From positions 1,696,001 through 1,760,000 of the forward strand of contig CBDCTK010000002.1 in the NCBI GenBank assembly GCA_965222225.1: a stretch of DNA of 64,000 bases, given 5' to 3'. Of this stretch, positions 20,722-31,800 are shown piece by piece. Each line of letters opens with the position of its first letter. The first letter of the stretch is position 1. Source of the stretch: Candidatus Poribacteria bacterium. GTDB taxonomy: Bacteria > Poribacteria > WGA-4E > JAJDTR01. The translations under genes and the position numbers were made by a program. Below the pieces are notes generated by a model. The model worked only from the letters and a program-made list of their open reading frames with translations. It searched no databases and was not told the DNA's origin.

Positions 20722-20889
20722 ACAGTCCCAAGCTTGTATCAATAGTCTCGTTGAATTCAACTACACCAGTCCAGTGCTGCGGACTGCGCCACTGTGCGAT
20801 CAGTTTCAGTGTCTCTTTGCAAGGTCCCATGGTGGACAGGTAGTTTTAAGCATGGAACTCATTTCAGCAACGAAAAGGGAGTGTGTAAA

Positions 20890-22826
20890 ATGTCTTGGAA
20901 GGACGAACTCGATCCCACATCACTGCGTATCGCAATGACCGATGCCTCGCCGTTACGCGTTCTGGCGGGGCCGGGAACCGGCAAGACGCGTATTCTCACC
21001 AGACGTGTTGCTCGGCTCTTAGAAGAAAACGTGCCGCCAAAACACATATTGGTTTCAACGTTTACTCGCATGGCTGCCGCCGATCTCAAGCGTGAGTTAG
21101 AAAAACTGGAGGTTGATGGTGCATTGTCTGTATGCGCTACAACGGTGCATTCACTCTGTTTTCGTATACTTAACAGAAACGAAGTGCTAGAGGCTATAGA
21201 TTGTGTCCCTCGTCCGCTCCTTGAATTTGAAACACGCTTTCTACTCGAGGATATTAGGGACGAGGACTTCGGGATACTCAATCTACGAGAAAAACGCCTT
21301 AAGGCGTTCGAAGCGGCTTGGGCGCGACTTCAAAGTGACGAGCCAGGGTGGGCTCTCGAGCCCATAGACATGCGGTTTGAAGAACATCTACGAAATTGGC
21401 TTGAATTCCACGAAGCGATGTTGATAGGCGAGCTTGTTCCGGAAGCTCTAAGCTATTTACGCAACAACCCGCTTAGCCCACAGCGTTCTGCTTTTTCTCA
21501 CATCTTTGTTGATGAATACCAAGACCTAAATGCGTCGGAGCAAGCGCTCATCGGACTCCTTGCGGAGAATGCTAAGTTGACAATCATTGGAGATGAAGAC
21601 CAATCAATTTATTCCTTTAAACATGCCCACCCAGAGGGAATCGCTGAGTTTCACGACAGACATCCGGAAACAATGGATGAGACACTGAGATTCTGCTGGC
21701 GATGTCCGCCGAATATCGTTGAAATGGCTAACCGGCTCATCTTGAAGAATCCGCGACGGGCCAATCGCAAGTTGGCTTCCTTGCCTCACAATGCGGATGG
21801 CAAAGTTTACATCGCTCAGTGGGAGAGCTTGGAAAAGGAAACAAAAGGCCTTGCCAAATTCATTGAAAATCTTATCGAAGCTGAATGTGTAGATCCTGGG
21901 GAAACGCTCGTTCTCGCGCCTCGCCGACAGATTGGCTACGGCGTTCGCGATGCACTAAATGATAGGGGTATAGAAGCCCACAGTTTTTTTCAGGAAGAGA
22001 CACTTGACGGGAACCCCAAGTATTTGGAAAAATGCCAAACACAGCAGGCTTTCACGCTGCTGGCATTGGCCGCTAACCCTAAAGACAATGTCGCACTCCG
22101 CTGTTGGTGCGGATTTGGCAGTTCCAACCTCCGAGAAACGGCTTGGAAGCGCATTCAAGCTTTATGCACTGAACAAAATCTCATTCTCCCGGAAGCACTA
22201 CGCCGCGTCCAAAGTGGCGAACTCAAATTGGCCTATGGAAGTAAAATAATTGAACGGTTAAATGAACAAAAAATAGGTTGCAAGAGTTAGCGCCCCTCCA
22301 CGGGAGTGAATTGTTTGATGCTCTATTCCCGGACAACAATTCCGACTTTAAGCAGATAAGGACTTTAGCCGCGGACCTCAACTCAGACGCAGATGCAAAG
22401 CAACTCCTAGACCACCTCCGTACGAATATTACTCAGCCTGAACTGCCGACCGAAGTTGATTTCGTGCGCGTGATGAGTCTTCACAAATCAAAAGGACTGA
22501 CCGCAGACCTAGTCATCGTGATGGGTTGTATTCAAGGGCTAATCCCAAATTTGCCGAAAGATGCATCAAAGGAAGAATGTCAACTCGCACTCGAAGAACA
22601 GCGACGACTATTCTACGTATCTATAACCCGTGCTCGAAAAATCTTGGTACTTTCCAGTGTCACCAAATTGTCTTCAAAGGAAGCCCACAAAATGCGCGTT
22701 GACGTCCCTCCTCGTCGGCGCCAAGTTAAAACAATCACAACGCGGTTTATTAAGGAGCTCGGGCCCAACTGTCCAAAACCTATATCAGGGTTGGATCTTC
22801 CTTACGGAGATGTTCATCTTGATTAG
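20890..22826 (+). pseudogene. UvrD/REP (SF1) helicase split by a single frameshift
   Basis: AGPGTGKT, VDEYQD, IGDEDQSIY in ORF to 22290; MSLHKSKGL and EEQRRLFYVSITRAR in ORF 22278-22826; A6 run at 22268-22273. Confidence 0.85.
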
Positions 22827-22894
22827 CAACAAACGCCGCATAGAAGTCGTCTTTGCACTTTAGGGCCCTCAGAAATCCATCGGGGTAGTTGAAC

Positions 22895-23077
22895 ATGCCT
22901 GACGAAATCATCAAGCAACTCTGGCAAATCAAGGACAGCATCGCCCGCGAGCACGGGTACGACATTGATGCCCTTGTCGCCCATCTACAAACCAAAGAGC
23001 GGCGCGAGGGTCAACACGTCGTGGATTTACGTTCTCTTAAAGCAACCGCTGAGGCCCAGAACCTGTCGAAATACTAG
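22895..23077 (+). CDS. Small helical hypothetical protein (possible antitoxin-type)
   Basis: DEIIKQLWQIKDSIAREHGYDIDAL resembles small proteins seen downstream of PIN genes. Confidence 0.5.
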   Translation: MPDEIIKQLWQIKDSIAREHGYDIDALVAHLQTKERREGQHVVDLRSLKATAEAQNLSKY

Positions 23078-23288
23078 GTGCCAAGCCATTCTTAGGCGTT
23101 TGGATTGCCATTATCTGTGGGAGTTCTATCGCACTCACTATTCGCTCGCTTAATCCCGCTGGGGCTTAGTGGGCGGGGTTGCGGCATTGCTACACACCTA
23201 TCGCCCTTCTAGGGCTTTTGGCTGTATGGTGTTGCGACAAATAAATTTTTAAACACGTTCCAAAATTTGACAGCTAGGAGAATCTAGG

Positions 23289-25115
23289 ATGAAAATTAAA
23301 ACGATAACAGCTACCGACATTCCTCCTATCAAGAATTTCATGGCTGATGACTTAAAGGATTTAGTCGTCATCGCGGGGCCAAACGGAGTTGGCAAAACAC
23401 GATTAGTCGAGGCAATGTTAAGGTATTTTCAGACACCCAAACCCAACAACCGAGCGAAATACTTGACTAACCCGAGTTTTATCATTGAAGCAACCGACTC
23501 GTTCGAACGTGAGGCTTGGGGTCAACAGGAATTGGATACTACGAAGCCGGAAGAGACAGAGATCCTAAAAGGTTTTCTTCAGGGGCATCGTACAAGACGA
23601 AACCTGCGAAATAGCATTCTTAACTACGAGAGCAACCGATGGATGCGACAGACAAATTCATCGGCGTCGAAGCACTACCGCCGTGACCCATGGGAAGAAG
23701 GCATTCCGTCGAAACTCACGTTGGGGGGTCTTGGCGATCGGTGGGATGATACCGAAAACGCCATCTTCAGGAAATTAGAGTACGAAAGGACTTCCCTTGG
23801 CGATCTTGCACTTCAGATGTGGAATGAAGGACATGAATCCATGCCACTAAAATTCGATGACCCGACAACTCCTTTCACTAAGTCTTTTTTCAAGCTGTTG
23901 GGGCCAAAGTCCCTAATCAAGCCGACGCTTGACAGTCGAAAATTGATGTACACGGAAGGAGAACAGCGTTTAGGTATTGAGTCGCTTAGCAGTGGTGAAC
24001 TTGAAGTTCTCAGGATAGCCCTTGACTTTGTTCTTCGCGAACCTTCGCACTGTATCGTCTTCTTTGATGAGCCGGAGTTGCACCTACATCCGGAACTGCT
24101 ATCCCGTCTGATAATGACACTTCGAGATGTCGGAGAATCCAATCAATTCATTCTCGCAACACATTCCGCGGAACTCATTTCCTCCTCCCTAGACGAATCA
24201 GTCATATTCCTTACGCCGCCCAAAGAGGACAGTGGCAATCAAGCCGTGAAGATTGAGCCTACAGGCGATGTAGCAGAAGCATTGCACCAACTTGGTCAAT
24301 CTCTTGGTGTTGTTTCGTTGGGCAAAAAGATTGTTCTCATAGAAGGTTGCCATGCGAGCTTGGACAAGAAGACCTATGGACAGATAGTTAAGGACAAATT
24401 TCCGGAGCTTGTGCTTCTGCCAAGCGGTGGCAAAAATACTTTGTCATCATTTGGTACAATTTCCTCGGAAGTGCTTAATAAGTCTTTATGGGGAATCCGA
24501 TTTTTTATGTTGGCAGACCGAGATGCGGTTACCGGGGCCCAACCGACTGCAACCGACCACTTTCGGATGTTGAGCCGATACCATTTAGAGAATTACTTCC
24601 TTAACGCTGAGATACTGTGTCGGTGCTTTGATGGAATGGTACATGAAGACTCTTGGCTTTACTCGATTGAAGAGATAGAAAGACGTTTGCGAGAAATTGC
24701 ACGAAGTCAAATAGGTTACGCGGTTAGTCTTGTGGTGTCAAAAAAACTTTGTGATTCAACTGGAAATGTCAGCGTCAAGCCAAAGGGTTGCCATAAGATG
24801 GATATGGTTACACTTGTCGATGCTTTCTCAGAAAAAGCCGAGGCTGAAAAACAACGTGTTACAACGGCACTACACGACGACCCCGTTCGGGAATTGGTAC
24901 AACACACTTACGAGGGATTTGAAAATTTACTGAAAACACCGGGTGATGCTTGGAAAATGCAGTTCCCCGGCAAGTGTATTCTTTTACCCTTCTGTGGAGA
25001 AGCTGGAGTAAAGGACAACTACCTAAAGAATCTGTATATTCAAAAATCAAGAGAAGCTGATACCAATCCGTTTCAGGAGATTATTGATATATTTTCCTCA
25101 TTTGCGCAAGCATGA
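23289..25115 (+). CDS. ABC-type ATPase with TOPRIM-like nuclease domain (OLD/GajA- or fused PARIS-like)
   Basis: GPNGVGKT, LSSGE, FFDEPELHLHP, ATHS; C-terminal IEG...D, ADRD, YHLENY. Confidence 0.78.
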   Translation: MKIKTITATDIPPIKNFMADDLKDLVVIAGPNGVGKTRLVEAMLRYFQTPKPNNRAKYLTNPSFIIEATDSFEREAWGQQELDTTKPEETEILKGFLQGHRTRRNLRNSILNYESNRWMRQTNSSASKHYRRDPWEEGIPSKLTLGGLGDRWDDTENAIFRKLEYERTSLGDLALQMWNEGHESMPLKFDDPTTPFTKSFFKLLGPKSLIKPTLDSRKLMYTEGEQRLGIESLSSGELEVLRIALDFVLREPSHCIVFFDEPELHLHPELLSRLIMTLRDVGESNQFILATHSAELISSSLDESVIFLTPPKEDSGNQAVKIEPTGDVAEALHQLGQSLGVVSLGKKIVLIEGCHASLDKKTYGQIVKDKFPELVLLPSGGKNTLSSFGTISSEVLNKSLWGIRFFMLADRDAVTGAQPTATDHFRMLSRYHLENYFLNAEILCRCFDGMVHEDSWLYSIEEIERRLREIARSQIGYAVSLVVSKKLCDSTGNVSVKPKGCHKMDMVTLVDAFSEKAEAEKQRVTTALHDDPVRELVQHTYEGFENLLKTPGDAWKMQFPGKCILLPFCGEAGVKDNYLKNLYIQKSREADTNPFQEIIDIFSSFAQA

Positions 25116-25152
25116 TGAATTCTTAACCGATTTTCTATCGGCACACAAAACT

Positions 25153-28100
25153 ATGCCCACTAACGACAAACGCCTCATAGAGGTCGCCTTTCCGCTCAAG
25201 CAGGTCTCGCTCGACTCGGTGCACGAGAAGAACGTGCGGCATGGCCACGTCTCCACGCTCCACATTTGGCCCGCGCGTCGACCGCTAGCAGCCGCGCGAG
25301 CCGCGCTCATCGCCACACTCCTACCCGACCCCGGCAACGACGACGAACGGAAGAAAATCTTGGAGCGCATGGCTGGCAAAGTCGTCGAGAAGACCGAACG
25401 CAAGCGCCTGAACGGCAGGGTCATAGAGAAGACCAAAGAGGTAACCGAGGGCGGCATCCTTCATTGGGGCAGAGAGAACGGCGACGCACTCCAGTGGTTC
25501 CGCGACGAGATTCGCAAAGCCTACGGCGGACGCGCTCCCAAGGTGCTGGACCCGTTTGCCGGCGGCGGCGCTATCCCGCTCGAAGCCATGCGCCTCGGCT
25601 GCGAGGTCACCGCCATGGATATCAACCCGGTGGCGTGGTTCATCCTGAAGTGCACGCTGGAATACCCCCAGAAGCTGGCAGGACAGACGCGACTGCTGCC
25701 CGAGTTCGCGGTGGCGGACCGCGACTTCATGGAGTCCTTCCTGAAAGCCAAGGGGTACAAGAGCGACAGGTTGCGGACAGCCCTCCAACGTCTGGGTCAC
25801 GGCGATGGCGGCGAAACCCAATTGGAACACCTCCCCCCCGACGATTCGTTGCTCGAAGCCGACCTGGCGTGGCATGTCCGCGCTTGGGGCAGGTGGGTGC
25901 TGGCAAAAGCACGGGCGGAGTTGGCGCCGTACTACCCCACCTACGCCGAATACGAGCCGCTTGACCCCGACGCCGACTTTGAGCCGGAACCTCCGCGGCT
26001 TTTGAAGGTTGATAAGGACGGCGTGCCCCAACTCGATCCGCTCAACGCCGAATTCAACGACGACTACCTCAACGACCCGCGCAACCCGCGCTGGATCGCC
26101 AAGCCGACGGTCGCCTACCTCTGGGCGCGCACCGTGACGTGCAAAGGCTGCCGCGCCACGCTGCCCCTGCTCAAAACGCGCTGGCTGTGCAAGAAGGAGC
26201 GGAAGCGCGTGCTGCTGACGATGGAGGCGAACGCCGAGGGAACCGGCGTTGTGTTCGGCGTCGAAACAGACGTACCCCAAAACGGCGGGAACGGCGCGCA
26301 ACGACGGGAAAACGACAAACGTCTCGGAGCGGGCACCATGTCCCGTACCGGCGCCACCTGCCCCTGCTGCAAGATGATTATGACGATGGAGGATATTCGC
26401 CTTGAGGGACGCGCCGAGCGCCTGGACGCGGAGATGACGGCTGTCGTGGTGAAGGGGAAAAAGGGAAAGGAATACCGCCTACCGACCAAACATGAACGCG
26501 CTGTAGCGGAAGTGACGGAGGAGAAACTTCAATCCCTCTACGCAGACATCCCCTTCGGCTTGCCGGATGAGCCTTTGCCAAGAAAAGGCACGCTAGGGTT
26601 CAGTGTTCCGCTATATGGATTCAACTCGTGGAAGGAGTTGTTCACGAATCGGCAGCTTGCTACGCAGTGTGCTATTATCAAAGCGATAATCGATTCTAAG
26701 CCCGAAATTGAAACGGTACATGGCAATGGTATTGCGGATGCAATCGTGGGTTTCTTGGCGTGCATTATGGACCGTCAAGCAGACTACGGGAGCGCGGGTT
26801 GTATCTGGGTCAACGCCCACGAGAAAATTGGTCATCAGTTCAGTCGCTATGCACTGCCAATCATGTGGGACATCGCTGAAGTCTGCCCGTTCACTAGTGC
26901 ATCTGGTGGTTTAGAGAGCGCTTATGAGTGGGTGACAAGGGTCATCGATCATCTACAGGCAGCAGTCAAGCATACATCAGAACCTGCGGTGGCGTTGAAA
27001 TCGGCAATTGAGGGACAGAAAGGTCGCTATGATGTTATTGTCACTGATCCGCCGTATTATGACGCCATCCCGTATTCCGACCTAATGGATTTCTTCTATA
27101 TCTGGCTTCGACGCCTCGCGCACAGTTGTTCGGACGAATTGCGAAGTGCTTTTCTGTCTCCGGTGGGACCCAAGTGGAATGCGGAAGACAACGACGGAGA
27201 ATTGATCGATGATTCAAGCCGCTTTGAAGGGGATAAGGTACAATCAAAGCGCAACTACGAAAATGGAATGGAACGCGCCTTTAGGGCGTGCTCTGAGGCG
27301 CTTGTGCCTGACGGACGACTTGTCGTCGTTTTTGCCAGTAAAAATCCCGATGCTTGGGAGACCCTTGTAGCCGCCCTGATTCGAGCAGGTTTCGTGGTGG
27401 ATGGCTCTTGGCCCATCCAGACGGAGCGACAGGGGCGATTGCGAGCTGTGAGTTCCGCAGCCCTCGCATCGTCTGTCTGGCTTGTCTGCAAAAAACGCAC
27501 ATCTGCCCGCCCCGGTTGGGACAACGTTGTACTTGACGACATGCGGAGGAACATAACGCAACAACTCCACGACTTCTGGGACGCCGGCATTCGGGGACCC
27601 GACTTCGTGTGGGCGGCGACAGGTCCCGCCTTGGAAGCCTTCAGCAAGCACCCGGTCGTCAAGAAGGCAACCGCTCAGGACGAATTGATGACTGTCTCCG
27701 AGTTCCTACGCGAGGTGCGGCGGATGGTCGTCGACTTCATCGTCGGTCAAGTCCTGACGCAGGATGGCGAGGCGGAGTTCACAACCGGGCTAGACGATGT
27801 GACCACGTACTACCTGCTCCACCGTCACGACTTCAAGATGGCGGATGCCCCCGTCGGCGCCTGCATCCTCTACGCGCTGTCGTGCAACCTTTCCGATGCC
27901 GCGCTCGTCAACCAGCACGACCTCCTGAGCCAATCGGGAGCGGGAAGCGCGGATGAAACGCCTGAAGCCGAGGAGGCCGAGGAGGCGGAAAGCGGGGGCG
28001 GCGCCAAGGTCAAACTCAAACCGTGGCAGCGGCGCCAACGGCGCAACCTCGGTCTTGAAGCGCCGAGCGGCCAACCGGTGCCGCTCATCGACCAAGTGCA

Positions 28101-28338
28101 CAAGTTAATGCACCTCTGGCGCGCCGGCGATCAGGTCAAGGTGGACGACTACCTTGGCGACCATGGGCTGCAGCGCAACACGCTTTTCAATCAGATTCTT
28201 CAGGCGCTTATCGAGTTGGCGGACGAGGGTTCCGAGGAACGATCGATTCTTGAGGCGTTGAGCAACCACGTCGTCGCGCAAGGGGACGCTCGGGAGTCGG
28301 GTCAGGGGATGTTGCCGTACGCGGAGAACGCGCAATGA
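25153..28338 (+). CDS. DUF1156 amino (probably N6-adenine) DNA methyltransferase with zinc ribbon
   Basis: LIEVAFP...LHIWPARRPL, LDPFAGGG.IPLEA, CKGC/CPCC, TDPPYYD. Confidence 0.92.
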   Translation: MPTNDKRLIEVAFPLKQVSLDSVHEKNVRHGHVSTLHIWPARRPLAAARAALIATLLPDPGNDDERKKILERMAGKVVEKTERKRLNGRVIEKTKEVTEGGILHWGRENGDALQWFRDEIRKAYGGRAPKVLDPFAGGGAIPLEAMRLGCEVTAMDINPVAWFILKCTLEYPQKLAGQTRLLPEFAVADRDFMESFLKAKGYKSDRLRTALQRLGHGDGGETQLEHLPPDDSLLEADLAWHVRAWGRWVLAKARAELAPYYPTYAEYEPLDPDADFEPEPPRLLKVDKDGVPQLDPLNAEFNDDYLNDPRNPRWIAKPTVAYLWARTVTCKGCRATLPLLKTRWLCKKERKRVLLTMEANAEGTGVVFGVETDVPQNGGNGAQRRENDKRLGAGTMSRTGATCPCCKMIMTMEDIRLEGRAERLDAEMTAVVVKGKKGKEYRLPTKHERAVAEVTEEKLQSLYADIPFGLPDEPLPRKGTLGFSVPLYGFNSWKELFTNRQLATQCAIIKAIIDSKPEIETVHGNGIADAIVGFLACIMDRQADYGSAGCIWVNAHEKIGHQFSRYALPIMWDIAEVCPFTSASGGLESAYEWVTRVIDHLQAAVKHTSEPAVALKSAIEGQKGRYDVIVTDPPYYDAIPYSDLMDFFYIWLRRLAHSCSDELRSAFLSPVGPKWNAEDNDGELIDDSSRFEGDKVQSKRNYENGMERAFRACSEALVPDGRLVVVFASKNPDAWETLVAALIRAGFVVDGSWPIQTERQGRLRAVSSAALASSVWLVCKKRTSARPGWDNVVLDDMRRNITQQLHDFWDAGIRGPDFVWAATGPALEAFSKHPVVKKATAQDELMTVSEFLREVRRMVVDFIVGQVLTQDGEAEFTTGLDDVTTYYLLHRHDFKMADAPVGACILYALSCNLSDAALVNQHDLLSQSGAGSADETPEAEEAEEAESGGGAKVKLKPWQRRQRRNLGLEAPSGQPVPLIDQVHKLMHLWRAGDQVKVDDYLGDHGLQRNTLFNQILQALIELADEGSEERSILEALSNHVVAQGDARESGQGMLPYAENAQ

Positions 28339-28368
28339 AACCGAGTTTTTTCCTGAAAACTCGGTTTC
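28337..28368 (+). terminator. 13-bp stem hairpin after the methyltransferase gene
   Basis: GAAACCGAGTTTT-loop-AAAACTCGGTTTC. Confidence 0.45.
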
Positions 28369-28382
28369 TTACTTCGATAATC

Positions 28383-28745
28383 CCGTAGGGTGCGATTGGT
28401 GATTATTAAGCACGTAGGTTGGGTTGAGCGAGACATGAAAAATCACACATCCGTGGGGCGGAAACCTTCGCGTACCGATGCTGCTTAAAGGCTCCGAAAT
28501 TGCCGCGAAACCCAACATTTCATGACACGTGGATTGGTGCTCTGAGTGTTGGGTTTCACTATAGATATCCCACAAGAAAATCTGCGTGACAAGCAGTCGC
28601 ATGGGACAGCACAAGGGAGGGACTTCTATCGCACGGGGTCTACTATCGCCTTCGTTGGCCACTCAGTTGATTCCTACAAATGCGCTCTTAATGCGTGAAA
28701 TCCTTAAATCTGTGATAATTTGTGACAATCTGTGATTCAGACAAC
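28383..28745. repeat. Cluster of REP-like and short repeats
   Basis: GTAGGTTGGGTTGAGC...GAAACCCAACA / TGTTGGGTTTC; AATCTGTGA-type short repeats ending in ATTCAGACAA. Confidence 0.55.
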
Positions 28746-28805
28746 TGCCAAAACCTCAACAACTAGACAAGAAATAGTCCTTCACCGAACGAGGATAACA
28801 CGAAG

Positions 28806-31800
28806 ATGAAATCGACATGGAAACCCTGGCACCACGTCGTCCTACTGCGTGACGATCTCAGAACGGGTGAACTTTCGTTGGCAGTGTTTGCCGCCGACCT
28901 GTACGACGTGGTGATGCAAAAGGGTAAGCGCTCGGTTTACGAGGATCCTACCGAGTTCTTTACCCTCACGTATCCCACGTACAACCTGCGGGAATTGGTC
29001 AAGGATGTCTCCCTGCGGTTGGCGCGCCAGAGCGACAAGGCGTACCGCACACTCTCCGTCAACTACGGCGGCGGCAAGACGCATACGCTAATCACGCTCA
29101 AGCATCTGGTAGAAGACCCCGCCGCATTGCCGAAGTTGCCCGCAATCGAGGAGTTTGAAGCGCACATCGGACAAAAGCCCCCATCGGCTCGGTGCGCCGC
29201 GCTGTGTTTCGACAAGATTGATCTGGAAAAGGGCGTCGAAACACTCGCGCCCGACGGGTCGGTTGCGACGCTCAAACGTCCGTGGAGCATTCTCGCTTAT
29301 CAGATCGCGGGCGGGGAGGGGCTGCGGCTGCTTCACGCCGATGGCAAAGAACTTGAGCGCGATACGCCGCCGGCAGAACCCGTGTTATCGGAGCTGTTGT
29401 CAAAGCCGCAACGGGACAATCTCGCAACGCTGGTGCTCCTCGACGAGGTGCTCATGTACCTTCGCGACATGGTCGAAAGCGACGGGAGTTGGCGGGGGCG
29501 TCTCATCAGTTTCTTCCAACACCTCACAAATTCAGTCGTAAAGGTGGACCGTTGCGCCATGGTGGCGTCGTTGCGCGCCTCGGATCCAAGGAAGCACGAC
29601 AGCCTCGGAACTGAACTCCTCGCCGACGTGTCCGATGTCTTTGGCAGGCAGATGGAGGAGGACGCCAGTCCGGTGAGCAAAGAGGACGTGGCGGAGGTTC
29701 TCCGGCGGCGTTTCTTCAAACCGGAATCCATGCAAGAGGACGCATTCCGACCACACGTCACGTCGATTGTGCGTGGCATTGCGACGCTTGACGAGGGGAC
29801 GAAGAAGGGGCAAAAGGCGGAGGAGAAGCGATATCTCGACAGTTACCCCTTCCACCCGGGACTCACTGAAACTCTCTACACCCGCTGGACACAAGTTGAA
29901 AGATTCCAGCGCACCCGGGGCATCTTGCGCACCTTTGCCATTGCCCTGCGCGACGCGGAGAAGTGGGACACGGCGCCTTTGGTTGGGCCCAACGTCTTCC
30001 TCGCCGAACCGGGAAAGCGCGATCTTGCTGAAGCCGCGAGCGAACTCGCCTCCTTCGCCAGCGTCGATTCGGGGTCGGGTCAACAGCAGGAATGGAGACC
30101 TATTCTTGAGGGTGAACTGGAAAAGGCGGCTACCATCCAGTCCGAAGCCACCGGTTTAAGCGGCAGAGAGATAGAGCAGGCGGTCATGTCGGTATTCCTT
30201 AGCTCGCAGCCGATCGGTCAAAAGGCGCTGACGCCGGAACTGATGGTGCTGATCGGCGCGGCAAATCCGGACAAAATAGAATTGGAAAAGGCGCTTCGCC
30301 GCTGGGCAGAGTTGTCTTGGTTTCTGGACGAGCAAGAAATCGCTGCGGGGGAATCCGATGCCGGCGGCGCCACGGCGTTGCCCAAGGCGTGGCGGCTGGG
30401 AAATCGTCCCAACCTCCGTCAAATGCATCACGCCGCCTGCACCTCTCGCGTACCTCCCGAACTCGTGGACTCAAAGGTGATTGAGGCTATTGAGAAACAG
30501 AAGACTCTCACTTCAGATGCACGTGCGGCGGGGGCAAGAGTGCACAATCTTCCGCCGCGGCCGCGCGATATTGAGGACGACGGCGATTTTCACTACGCCG
30601 TGCTTGGTCCCAATGCGGTCTCGGAGTCCGGCAAGCCGAGCGCCGCAGCCAAGCGGTTCATCAACGAAACAACGGCAGCCGACCGTCCACGTGCCAATCG
30701 CAACGCTGTCGTGCTCGCCGTCCCCTCTAGGGATGGGCTTGACGTGGCTCGCAACCGCGTCCGCGAGTACCTCGGCTGGGAGGAAGTCCGAACTCAACTC
30801 AAGGGGCAACAGGTTGATCTCATCCGCGAACAGATGCTAGTCAGCGAGACGGACACGGCGCGAAAGCGCATTCCGGATGCCGTCAAGCAGGCGTACTCCA
30901 TCGTGGTGACGGTCAACGACAGCAATGAGATTCACGCCTTCAAAGTGGTGGTGCCCGACGAACCCCTGTTCACGACCATCAAAGCCGAGAAGCGATCCCG
31001 TATCCAAGAAACCGCCATCAGCGCGGAGGCGATGCTGCCCGGAGGGCCCTACGACCTGTGGCGCGAAGGCGAACAATCGCGCCGTGTCAAGGATTTGGTG
31101 GGCGCCTTCGCCCAATCCCCGAAGCTGCCCAAAATGCTGCGCTCCAAAGGGATTATGGATACCGTGGAGGGCGGCGTACAGCAGGGCATCTGGGTGGCGC
31201 AAGTCGCGCGTCCGGATATGACGACGAAGACCTTTTGGCGAACATCGATTGACGAACCCGCGCTTAAAGAACCGAGCCTTGAGGTAGTGCTTCCCGAGTT
31301 TGCAACACTGAGCGAACTGTCGTCAAGTCTCTTGAAGCATCAAGCGCTCCCGGGGCTTTGGTCATCCGCCGCGATTACCGTGCAAAATCTGTATGACTAC
31401 TTTGCGGGAGGCAATATCGTAAACATTCCAAAAGAGGGTTACGAAGAACCCCTCACCATTCCCAAATGCGAACCGGCGGATGTTGATGCCGCGGTGTTGG
31501 AAGCTGTTGAGCAGGGGACGTTGTGGTTAACGAGCGGCCCGGCATCAATCCTTAATGAAACTGTACCCCCCGGCGTGCTTAGTGCTTCGGCGTCGTTGCG
31601 GCCGCCGCCCGCCCCGATTCCCGTTCAAGAGTTGACGGATGCCGAAATCCCCGACGCTTGGCGGGATCGCAAAACCAACGCGCTCGCACTCGCTACGGCA
31701 CTCTCGAACAGGAGGGATGTAACACTTCCTTGGCACACGGTAAAGACAGCGATTAGCGGCGCCATTCAGGCGAACTGGCTCGCGGTGAGTGAGGAAAGCG

